NCBI GenBank assembly: GCA_041671325.1
Contig: JBAZBR010000004.1
Location: 4,004 to 68,003 of the forward strand
Origin: Patescibacteria group bacterium
GTDB taxonomy: Bacteria > Patescibacteriota > Patescibacteriia > PEXW01
Length of the DNA: 64,000 nucleotides
Direction: 5' to 3'
Shown: positions 55,961 through 64,000 of the stretch, piece by piece
Layout: each line of letters begins with the position of its first letter
How positions within the stretch are numbered: the stretch's first letter is position 1
Made by a program: the position numbers and the translations under genes
The notes under the pieces: generated by a model
Databases searched by the model: none
Told to the model about the DNA's origin: nothing
What the model saw: only the letters and a program-made list of their open reading frames with translations

Positions 55961-56152
55961 ATGAATGGCCAAAATCGAAATAACATTTATCCAGGACTGC
56001 ATGTGGCGATAGTCCAAAAACAAGACCAGCCCACGGGCAGACTGACCGAGGGCATTGTTAAAGATATTTTAACCAATTCTCCCACGCATCCGCATGGCAT
56101 AAAAGTGCGATTGGAAACTGGGGAAGTGGGGAGAGTGCAAGAAATTAGGTAA
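55961..56152 (+). CDS. YwbE/DUF2196-like small protein
   Basis: GLHVAIVQKQDQPTGRLTEGIVKDILT...HPHGIKVRLETGEVGRVQEI. Confidence 0.45.
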   Translation: MNGQNRNNIYPGLHVAIVQKQDQPTGRLTEGIVKDILTNSPTHPHGIKVRLETGEVGRVQEIR

Positions 56153-56395
56153 ATGTATTACCTCTATATTTTGAAATGCAAGGATAAGACGCTTTATACC
56201 GGCATTACCACAGATTTAAAAAGGCGTTTAGCTGAACATAACTCATCAAAACTCGGGGCAAAATATACCAAAGGCCGGAGGCCGGTTAAGTTGGTTTATA
56301 CTAAAAAATTTCGAACTCGGTCTACAGCAACAAAGACAGAAGCACGGATAAAAAATTTATCGCGGACAGAGAAACTGCGTTTAATTAAAAAGTAG
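56153..56395 (+). CDS. GIY-YIG nuclease family protein
   Basis: MYYLYILKCKDKTLYTGITTDLKRRLAEH. The gene starts on the nucleotide after the upstream stop codon (taaATG). Confidence 0.75.
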   Translation: MYYLYILKCKDKTLYTGITTDLKRRLAEHNSSKLGAKYTKGRRPVKLVYTKKFRTRSTATKTEARIKNLSRTEKLRLIKK

Positions 56396-56423
56396 GATTT
56401 TGTAAAAATAGATAAAAACATTC

Positions 56424-57539
56424 ATGATCACTATTAAAGAAATCAAAACCAAACCAGAGGTTAAGGAATTCGTAAAATTTCCCTGGCAGATTTATAAACA
56501 TGACCCAAACTGGGTACCACCCTTGATTCATGACCAGTGTAATTTTTTTAATCCCGAGAAAAATCCTTATTACCACCATTCCAAGGTCATGCTGCTTATG
56601 GCTTTTCGCGATGGGGAGCCGGTTGGCCGTTTAGCCGTGCATGAAAATACCCTGCACGTGAAAAAATATCATGAACAAATTGGTTTCTTTGGTTTTTTTG
56701 AATGCATAGATGACTTTGCCGTGACCAGAGCATTGTTTGATCACGGAAAAAATTGGCTGAAAAAACTTGGGTATTCTGCCATGCGCGGTCCAGCCAATTT
56801 TTCCATCAACGGCGAATATTCCTTGCTAGTGGATGGGTTTGATTCACCGCCCGTGGCCTTAATGACTTATAACCCCTGGTATTACGAAAATTTGCTAAAG
56901 CAATATGGATTTAAACAGTCCCAAGAAATGTACGCTTACCAGCTGTACACTGAATCGGGCTTGCCCCAGAGCGTTATTACACGGGCGAATGAAGCCATTA
57001 AGAACCATCCCGAGTTTAGGGTCAGGAAAATGAAAAAGCGGAATCTTGAACAAGAAGCCAGAATAGTCAACAGAATTTACAATGAAGCCTGGGATAAAAA
57101 TTGGGGAGCCGTACCATTCACGGAAAAAGAAATCATGGCACTGGCTCGGGAGCTTAAAATGATTTTAGATGAAGACATTGCCTTAATCGGGGAAATCAAT
57201 GGCGAACCGATTGGTTTTTCCTTGTCCATTCCCGATGCCAACCAGATCTTGAAAGCGGCCAAGGGTCGGCTCTTGCCGTTTGGGTTCCTGAAAATGCTCT
57301 GGGCAAAAAGGCGCATTAACGGTATTCGCGTGCTGGTCATGGGCATTTTAGAAAAGTACCGGCATAAAGATTTTGATAAGGTTTTTTACAAAAAAACCTG
57401 GGAAGAAGGCAAGAAAAAGGGTTATTTGTTCGCCGAAGGTTCGCTGATTAATGAATCCAATGCGCCCATGCGCCACGTGCTGGAAAAGCTTGGCGCTAAG
57501 ATCTATAAGACTTACCGGATGTACGATTTGAAATTTTAA
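56424..57539 (+). CDS. Hypothetical protein, possibly GNAT-fold acyltransferase-like (371 aa)
   Basis: Conserved-looking N-terminus MITIKEIKTKPEVKEFVKFPWQIYKHDPNWVPP. The assignment is weak. Confidence 0.35.
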   Translation: MITIKEIKTKPEVKEFVKFPWQIYKHDPNWVPPLIHDQCNFFNPEKNPYYHHSKVMLLMAFRDGEPVGRLAVHENTLHVKKYHEQIGFFGFFECIDDFAVTRALFDHGKNWLKKLGYSAMRGPANFSINGEYSLLVDGFDSPPVALMTYNPWYYENLLKQYGFKQSQEMYAYQLYTESGLPQSVITRANEAIKNHPEFRVRKMKKRNLEQEARIVNRIYNEAWDKNWGAVPFTEKEIMALARELKMILDEDIALIGEINGEPIGFSLSIPDANQILKAAKGRLLPFGFLKMLWAKRRINGIRVLVMGILEKYRHKDFDKVFYKKTWEEGKKKGYLFAEGSLINESNAPMRHVLEKLGAKIYKTYRMYDLKF

Positions 57540-57582
57540 TAAAAGAAAAACCCGGCCGGTGAAGGTCGGGTTGATTGTTTTA

Positions 57583-58521
57583 TTATTCTTCGCAAATATT
57601 AAGGATGGTATTCGCGATCATCGGGGCCAGGGAAAGTACCTGGATTTTCGAGTCATCACGCTTTTCCCAGGGCAGGTAAATGGAATCAGTGATGTAGACT
57701 TTCTTAATGAACGGGCGGTCTTCAATGCGATGCACGGCATTTGCGGAGAGTACGCCATGCGTGGCCATTTGGGTCAGGTCAAGCGCGCCTAGGCGTTCAA
57801 GCAAGTCCGCGTTTACCGTTAAAGTGCCTGCGGTTGCAATTTCGTCATCCTTACAAAGCACGTGTTTGCCCTTCACGTCACCTTCAAAATTTTCGATAGT
57901 CGTTTCCTCGTGCTCGGGATGCAGCTTCGCGGTTTTCGCCAAGGTCATTTGAAGTTCTTTGGCCATGCGTTCACAGCTTTCATGTCTCCCGCTATCGGGC
58001 TGGAGAAACACCCAATTCGCCAGCCGTCTGCCCCGTAGTACGTCAATAAAAAGCGGGTCGGGGTCGATGTGGTAGACTTTCATGCCAGCATTTTCAAAGT
58101 GCTTTATGGTATCCGGATGATGGATGTCCACTAGGACAACGTCAGTCGCACCGGCGCAAGCCAAGAAATCCGCCATAAGTTCGGACATCACCGCTTCGCC
58201 GCCGCTTTGGTCTCGCTCTTGCCGGCGAAAGCCCATAAAGGGCATGACCGCAATAAGGCGTCTGGGCTTCCGTTTGCTCAACGGACGGACCAGCCCCCAG
58301 AGGTCGAAGTAGGATTTCGTCGCCGGGCACGCGGTGGAATTAATCACCACCGCGATATCATCAGGCATAACCTGCTCACAGCTTACAATCCGGTACCAGG
58401 GTTCCAAATCGGCGAATTCCTTAATGCGGGTATGTCCGCGTTGGACGCCGAGGTGGCGGCAAATTTCTTGGGTAAGCTTATGGCTCTCCCGGCCGCAGAA
58501 GACTAAAGGTATGTTTTTCAA
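57583..58521 (-). CDS. prs: Ribose-phosphate pyrophosphokinase (PRPP synthetase)
   Basis: AVMPFMGFRRQERD, VVLVDIHH and the PRPP-binding loop HVLCKDDEIATAGTL. Confidence 0.65.
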   Translation of the reverse strand: MKNIPLVFCGRESHKLTQEICRHLGVQRGHTRIKEFADLEPWYRIVSCEQVMPDDIAVVINSTACPATKSYFDLWGLVRPLSKRKPRRLIAVMPFMGFRRQERDQSGGEAVMSELMADFLACAGATDVVLVDIHHPDTIKHFENAGMKVYHIDPDPLFIDVLRGRRLANWVFLQPDSGRHESCERMAKELQMTLAKTAKLHPEHEETTIENFEGDVKGKHVLCKDDEIATAGTLTVNADLLERLGALDLTQMATHGVLSANAVHRIEDRPFIKKVYITDSIYLPWEKRDDSKIQVLSLAPMIANTILNICEE

Positions 58522-58673
58522 CTTGCACTCCTTTGATATGGAAATACCTATTTTTGTTCTTGTGTTTAGTAAATTAGCTTAGTTAAAAAAGAGGGTGTTT
58601 GTCAAATAAAGACTTAAAAATATCCCCCATAGCGGCTGCTACAGGGGATTGGTTCTGTCTAAATAACGATTGA

Positions 58674-59666
58674 CTACTCGTACTTTTTTAGTACGGAATA
58701 GTATTTGTTTTTCTGGGTGTAAGTCGTGGAGAACTCAAGTAAAAGCCTGGCTTGGGATTCTGGGAACTGTTGCAGAAGTTCAATAGCCTCAGCACATAGT
58801 GCAAAAGCTTTAGTTTTGCCATAAGCTATTGCCCCAGACTGGACCATAATCCTTCTGACCGTATCAATTTCGACTGTTGATAGTTTTCTTTTACCAAAAA
58901 GTGGATGTAAGGTTTCCCAGTTTGCTTGCGGCGCTTGTTCGCGGACAAAAATAATCGGCAGGGTAGATTTCCCTTGGCGAAAATCTTCAAGCTTTTTACC
59001 AAAGTCCCAGGTATCATTGGCAATGATATGTGCCATACCGATTTTTTTGCCTATTTCGCCCAACAGAATAATTTCTGAGTCTGTGCCTTTTCCGAGAATA
59101 CCACCGATCCTCAATGCCCACTTCCAGAAATTATAACCCTCAGCTTTAAGCATGTAGTAAGCTTCATCAGTGCCATGCAGAGATAAATCTATGGCAGCAC
59201 CTTGGAGGGTATTTTCATCGAGCTGAGACATCTCCCTTAAGAAGTGTTGGAAACAATCCTGAGAAATACGGTTGCCGATATCGCAGGCCATGGTGTTAGC
59301 AATTGAGTACAGGCCGACGGCTTGGAGCAAGAGCGCGCTGTCCGCCTCTTTATCAATGACGTCGTCAAGGCAATAGTATGCCGTATCTTTTACTTCAATC
59401 GCGCCGCAAACAGGAATAATGTCATGCCAATTTTTGCCGCCGACTAATTCATAAGCCAGTCTGACCGTGGCTGGCCTTAGCTGAGGCATCCCAAGTCTAT
59501 ACCTTTGAAGCAAGCGCTCTCTGATTTCTGGGAATAGCAGGAAATGACTTCCAACAAAATTCTTGACAAAAGGATCAACTTTTTCCGCTGTCTTATGTAA
59601 ATATTCAAAGTACTGCATTCGGAGCCGGTAAGATCTCCGTTTGTTTTCGCGACCGGTTTTACCCAT
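58674..59666 (-). CDS. Trans-isoprenyl diphosphate synthase-fold (polyprenyl synthetase-like) protein
   Basis: YCLDDVIDKEAD is DDxxD-like; a second, degenerate motif is ANDTWDFG. Confidence 0.4.
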   Translation of the reverse strand: MGKTGRENKRRSYRLRMQYFEYLHKTAEKVDPFVKNFVGSHFLLFPEIRERLLQRYRLGMPQLRPATVRLAYELVGGKNWHDIIPVCGAIEVKDTAYYCLDDVIDKEADSALLLQAVGLYSIANTMACDIGNRISQDCFQHFLREMSQLDENTLQGAAIDLSLHGTDEAYYMLKAEGYNFWKWALRIGGILGKGTDSEIILLGEIGKKIGMAHIIANDTWDFGKKLEDFRQGKSTLPIIFVREQAPQANWETLHPLFGKRKLSTVEIDTVRRIMVQSGAIAYGKTKAFALCAEAIELLQQFPESQARLLLEFSTTYTQKNKYYSVLKKYE

Positions 59667-60027
59667 CGCTTTCTCCTTTATTTTTCAAACAACTTTGTGG
59701 TTTCTATTTAATAAATAAACTTACTGCCGGGGACCCGGCTTTGTCAAATAAAAATACCCGTCCTAAACAGTTATTGGAATCATTGAATAATTGATAAATT
59801 TATTCCAATCCATTGACATAACCGCTGCCCCATATTAATATGAGCCATTAATCAGCACCTTGAAAAATCGCATGCAAATACGTAGTCATAGCCAAAAGGC
59901 ACTATTAAGCCACCTCATGCTGAATTAAAAAGGGGAATGGTTTTTTCTGGCTATGACTACCAAGCTGGCAGTCCTCTAGCAGTAAACAAAAAATGGCGAA
60001 AACCTGAAACAGAAAGGAAAAAGCGCC

Positions 60028-60642
60028 ATGATTATTGATCAATTTAGGGATTTTAGCGCCCGAGTAATCCAGAATCTGCCGGACATGGATTCCCGTCAGA
60101 TGCAAGCGTTTATCGATAATCCTAAAAGGCTTAAGAAAGTTCTCCTTGAAGCATTCTGTCCAGTAGTCAGAATTGGTAAGATCACGACCAATAATCGTTC
60201 TGTTAAAAAGTGTATAGCTGATCTTAAACAGAGAGATTTTTATATCAGCGAATTTGTGGGAGACATGCTTCAAAACAAAAAGTTCGTTGTTACGAACGGC
60301 ATAACATACGAACTCGTCCTAATAAAGGGCGATGAATTTACGGATAGAACTAGGACACCCAGAAATATTAGAAAACTGGCTAGTGCTCATGGTCTTCTTG
60401 CTCCACCCGTTGGACTAGGCCCTTACTTGAGAGAGATGTTTTCAGGTGAAGATCTCAAAAAGATGGGTTTCTTGGAGCTCGTTCTCATGCATGAACCCGT
60501 CACTTTTTCATCTGGTATTTTTGGAGGTCTATACCATGTCTTTGATGTCAGTGGCGATCATGAACTGAAGACCTGCGATTGCCGTCTTGACGTCGAGTTG
60601 GATTGTAAGATTGGGTTCGTATTCTGGGATCCTGCAAAGTAG
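60028..60642 (+). CDS. Hypothetical protein (204 aa)
   Basis: AAAGGAAAAAG RBS, and a terminator hairpin GACCCGCG...GTGCGGGTC plus T-tract at 60667-60705. The overlapping minus-strand ORF 59905-60273 is probably spurious. Confidence 0.45.
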   Translation: MIIDQFRDFSARVIQNLPDMDSRQMQAFIDNPKRLKKVLLEAFCPVVRIGKITTNNRSVKKCIADLKQRDFYISEFVGDMLQNKKFVVTNGITYELVLIKGDEFTDRTRTPRNIRKLASAHGLLAPPVGLGPYLREMFSGEDLKKMGFLELVLMHEPVTFSSGIFGGLYHVFDVSGDHELKTCDCRLDVELDCKIGFVFWDPAK

Positions 60643-60744
60643 CTTCAGTCCTTTTTCGAAAAATTAACGACCCGCGTCGTATCAATGGTGCGGGTCGTTT
60701 TATTTTATCTTAAAATTTAACAGCTTTCTACGCCGATGATTTTT

Positions 60745-62601
60745 TTAAGTTCCGCTGTCGTGGGAAATGCTGGTCCGCATGCTGGCTGACAAGGTCAAGA
60801 TAGTCTTAAGTTTTTTCAGAGTCGTACTGCTGAAAACCAATAAGTTCGGCTGGGAGTTGCCAGCCCGACTGACCAGGATTTCCGCCTTGCCGTCATTGTT
60901 AATATCCCCAGTAGAAAGCCGGACACCGGTTTTGTCAGTTTTGGTAAAAGCGTAAAAGGATTGTTTTTGGAGTTGGAGCGTATTTAGACCGAGGAATTTC
61001 AGGATTTTAACTTGGGGTCCAAAACTTGCTCTGGGTCCTATAATGACTTCAGCTTTGCCGTCATTGTTCAAATCACCAACGGCTAAAGCATAGCCAGTCC
61101 TCAAGCCGGAAGCGTAAATTTTGGTTTTCTGGCTGATTTGCTTGAAAACTTTTTTAGTGTTTAATTGGAAAACTTTGACGGTCGGGCTGCCATTATTGAA
61201 TGGCGCGGTCAAGATTTCCGCTTTGCCGTCAGCGTTCACGTCGCCAACAGCCAAGGCAATGCCGTTTTTAAAGCTTGTTGATTCAGCATTAAATTCTTTC
61301 AGGATTTGGGTGTAGCGGCCATTTTTAAAACCATAAATCCTGACATTCGGCGAACCCTTTTGCTTGGCTGTGATAATTTCCGCTTTGCCGTCGGCATTCA
61401 CATCGCCGACCGCGATGTTCACGCCATCTTTATATTTATCGCCATAAGGCAGGAAAGTCGCCAGCCGAGAACCGTCTTTCCGGAAAATCCGAATTTCCGC
61501 TTTTCGCCCAGAGCCAGGGGCGACAATAATTTCGCCCAAACCGTCTTCGCCCAAGTCTTTCAATTTCACCTGGATCCCGCCACGGAAGGTTTTTTCATAC
61601 GCCAGGAAAGATTTAATAAGGCCGCCATTTTTATTGAGCAAAGTTACGCGCGGTTCATTTTTGCCTTCCGGACCGACGACAATAAAAATTGTCAAAGCCA
61701 CCTGGAATTCCGCTTCAGCCGGTGAAGGGTCAATATTGCCCGCCTCATCTTGGCTCCTGACTTTGAAGGTGTGCTTACCATCGGTTAAGTCTTGGTAAGT
61801 CACTCTTTTAATTGCCGTCCAGCTTGACCAAGCTTGGCTGTCCAATTTATAACTGAAAACTAGTTTTTCCGGTTTAGTGGTATCATCCAAGCCTTGCCAA
61901 GTAAAACTGAACCTGGCTGAATTCAAGTCAACCGTCGGGGCGGCCGTAATGTAAGTGTTGGGCGGAATTGAATCGCCTGTATTTTTGGAACAGATTCTGG
62001 TTTCCGCTGGTTTGTTAGTTTCCGTGCCGCAACCAGTTTGGTCCGTGCAAGTCCTGAGTTGCTGGTTGTTCTGACAGGTCAACCATTCCGTGCAATGCCA
62101 ATTTTCCACGCAGTTTGGCAGGGAGATGGAGGCGGTTTTTTTAGTGGCAATATTGGAAAGGCTGGAAACATTGCCGGCGTCATCTGTGGTTTTCAAGGCG
62201 AAGTAATAAGCCTGGTTGGGCTGCAATTGGGCGACCTGCAAACTTTCCGGGCTACCGGCAGTTTTGGGCGAGCCGACATTTGGCGCTTGGGTGGCTAAAG
62301 CCCAATTTGACTCCGTGATGGTCGCGGTGCTGTACCGGATATCGTAACTAGCGGCTTGTCCGGTATTAGCGTCATCACCTGGCGCGGTCCAGGCAAGGTA
62401 TATGGAATTTGTGTCATCAAGGGCCGCGGCTTCAACCGAAGTTATGATGTTTTGCGGAGGGTTAAAACCGTTATTGGAAGCAACAACTAAAGCCGAAAGC
62501 GCCGACCCTGCCCAAAAAGCCACGATGAATAAAGCTAAGACTGGATGAACAGTGGTTTTTTGCTTGGTTTCAGTTTGTTCTAAAAAAGTACTCGGTCGCA
62601 T
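60745..62601 (-). CDS. Secreted FG-GAP repeat (integrin-alpha-like beta-propeller) protein
   Basis: At least six repeats of GD(V/L/I)N(A/N)DGKAE(I/V), plus an N-terminal signal/TM segment. Confidence 0.7.
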   Translation of the reverse strand: MRPSTFLEQTETKQKTTVHPVLALFIVAFWAGSALSALVVASNNGFNPPQNIITSVEAAALDDTNSIYLAWTAPGDDANTGQAASYDIRYSTATITESNWALATQAPNVGSPKTAGSPESLQVAQLQPNQAYYFALKTTDDAGNVSSLSNIATKKTASISLPNCVENWHCTEWLTCQNNQQLRTCTDQTGCGTETNKPAETRICSKNTGDSIPPNTYITAAPTVDLNSARFSFTWQGLDDTTKPEKLVFSYKLDSQAWSSWTAIKRVTYQDLTDGKHTFKVRSQDEAGNIDPSPAEAEFQVALTIFIVVGPEGKNEPRVTLLNKNGGLIKSFLAYEKTFRGGIQVKLKDLGEDGLGEIIVAPGSGRKAEIRIFRKDGSRLATFLPYGDKYKDGVNIAVGDVNADGKAEIITAKQKGSPNVRIYGFKNGRYTQILKEFNAESTSFKNGIALAVGDVNADGKAEILTAPFNNGSPTVKVFQLNTKKVFKQISQKTKIYASGLRTGYALAVGDLNNDGKAEVIIGPRASFGPQVKILKFLGLNTLQLQKQSFYAFTKTDKTGVRLSTGDINNDGKAEILVSRAGNSQPNLLVFSSTTLKKLKTILTLSASMRTSISHDSGT

Positions 62602-62606
62602 ATAAG

Positions 62607-63989
62607 TTAATTAGCGGTTAAATCCGTGACCCTGGCTGGGGGAGTGGCGTCAGATTGGCTTTCGGTTAGCAAATTAATAATTAAGCGCGGGCGCATGCTA
62701 GTATTAGTATTTTCCGAAGAAGCAAAACCCAAGCCCCGCGCATTGGCATTGGCTATTTCCAAAAGCACGCCGCGGTTTGAATAAGCGCCAGTCAGCCATT
62801 TTTGGCAGACATTATCACCGTTAGCCGAAAGGTTAAAAGTAATCCAAGAGCCGGGGGTTTTAAACAAAGGCAGTTCAGGCGAAGTTGGATTTTTTGTGAC
62901 CAAGCTGCTTGAAGTCCGGTCATTGCCATCACTGCTGGCGCCAGCCGAAGTCCAGGCGTTACCCGCAGAAGCGTTGTTCCAGCTGACCGTGCCCTCTGCC
63001 CAATTTTTGATCAGCCGGCGGACTGAAACATCCGTCAGGTTTTTATGGGAATCTTCAGAGGTTGCATAAAGCTGTAAAAGACAATCTTTGACTTTTAGGT
63101 CTGATGAAAGGCTGGCTAGGTTGAACATGATTGCAGTTTTGTAAATCGCGCCAGGCTCGGTCCAAAGTCCCAGTTGTGCCCAGGAATTGGCGCTTTGGCC
63201 GTCAGTTGCCGTCGGCCGGGTACTGCGTAAAGGCGCATCTGCCGTACCAGCATAGCCATTGACGCCTTTTTGCAGGCTGTAATTCGGGCAGGCGTCACTG
63301 CTGTTGTCCACGCATTCCGTGCCTTGGGCATTGCAAGTTCCTGAGCAGTTCTTGTCCGTAGTGCAGGCCTGGTTCGGCCGGCAAGCTTCATAACCGCAAG
63401 CCAAGGCGGGGTTATACAAGTCACCAGTACAGCAATAGCCCGAATACCTTTGGCTGCCTTCGCAAACACAGCCTTTAGCCGAAACTAAGCCGTAAACACT
63501 CGCGCCGGTCGTGCAAGCTTGGCAGGCCGCATCGCTATTGCGGCAATTATCATCTTTATTATTGCCGCAGATTTCTAAAGCCCCGGGATTTACAGCCGCG
63601 TCTGAATTATTGCAATCAACATCCGGGAAACGGCAAGCGGTGGAAGCTGGATTGCCATAGCCATCACCGTCATCATCAACGCAGGTTACTGGACAACCAT
63701 CACCTGTATTATCAACGCAGGCTCCCCAGGCACTGCTACTGCAGGTTTGGGCGCCTGCGCAGCTGGCTGAAGTTGCGCAAGTGCGGGTGGCGCCGTTTGA
63801 GCAAGTTTCCGGAAACCATTCAGTCCAGGGTGATTGGGCCAGATCAATATACGCCCCGGCTTTTAAAGCTAAGGCTTCAGAAGTGGATGTCGGCAAATAG
63901 CTTTTCGGGTCATTTGCCGACAGGCTTGGGTCCTGCATGATCCGGAGCAGGGAAGTTGGCGAAGCCGCAATCGATGAATTTTGGTCCAA
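62607..63989 (-). CDS. Cys-rich secreted/surface hypothetical protein (460 aa)
   Basis: Dense CxxxC-type Cys clusters (CGNNKDDNC, CVDDDGDGYG). It sits immediately upstream of the FG-GAP gene, so the two are probably co-transcribed. Confidence 0.5.
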   Translation of the reverse strand: MDQNSSIAASPTSLLRIMQDPSLSANDPKSYLPTSTSEALALKAGAYIDLAQSPWTEWFPETCSNGATRTCATSASCAGAQTCSSSAWGACVDNTGDGCPVTCVDDDGDGYGNPASTACRFPDVDCNNSDAAVNPGALEICGNNKDDNCRNSDAACQACTTGASVYGLVSAKGCVCEGSQRYSGYCCTGDLYNPALACGYEACRPNQACTTDKNCSGTCNAQGTECVDNSSDACPNYSLQKGVNGYAGTADAPLRSTRPTATDGQSANSWAQLGLWTEPGAIYKTAIMFNLASLSSDLKVKDCLLQLYATSEDSHKNLTDVSVRRLIKNWAEGTVSWNNASAGNAWTSAGASSDGNDRTSSSLVTKNPTSPELPLFKTPGSWITFNLSANGDNVCQKWLTGAYSNRGVLLEIANANARGLGFASSENTNTSMRPRLIINLLTESQSDATPPARVTDLTAN

Positions 63990-64000
63990 GCCAGAATTTG

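Noticed and set aside
59905-60273. Minus-strand 122-aa ORF
   Set aside because: It overlaps the longer plus-strand gene 60028-60642, which has an RBS and a downstream terminator; only one of the two can be real.
1-64000. rRNA genes, tmRNA, RNase P RNA, integrase/att pairs, toxin-antitoxin pairs of known families
   Set aside because: I scanned for characteristic conserved stretches (for example the 16S 3' end, tmRNA tag region, tyrosine recombinase R..H..R..Y motifs) and found none convincing in this window.

Overview
This window is a 64 kb, AT-rich (about 40% GC) fragment that looks like a Patescibacteria/CPR-type genome: many short secreted or membrane proteins, terse operons, and frequent -35/-10 and rho-independent signals. 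The recognisable housekeeping genes are polA, uvrB, ruvA, ssb, rpsT, a holA-like delta subunit, prs, an aspartate-family aminotransferase, three tandem NUDIX/IDI-like hydrolases, RidA, a REC-only response regulator, an HD-GYP protein and a FemAB-like protein. Surface and envelope content is heavy: four tandem VirB2/TrbC-like pilin paralogs, a lamin-tail/PKD protein, a 1650-aa alpha-2-macroglobulin-like protein followed by a Memo-like protein, a CHAP hydrolase, lipoproteins, an FG-GAP protein and a Cys-rich secreted protein. Two intact tRNAs were found, Leu-TAG and Arg-CCG. Each is preceded by a partial duplicate of its own 5' portion and followed by the same ~70-nt conserved hairpin element. 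The accessory or mobile content includes three small GIY-YIG nuclease genes, each sitting next to structured repeats. There is a family of 100-190 bp palindromic MITE/REP-like elements with 'TGTCATTGCGAGC' termini, and an IS200-like REP-associated tyrosine transposase carrying an in-frame hairpin insertion. A tandem hairpin-repeat array and a duplicated consensus promoter complete the list. Two candidate accessory systems stand out and are reported as findings: (1) a GC-rich minus-strand four-gene operon (39450-42727) encoding a 541-aa GHKL/Bergerat-fold ATPase with HTH, basic and small partners; (2) an AT-rich four-gene island (52499-54443) with three paralogous wHTH-like small proteins plus a HEPN-like (Rx4H) protein. 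All calls rest on reading the six-frame translations and the DNA by eye; no database search was possible.
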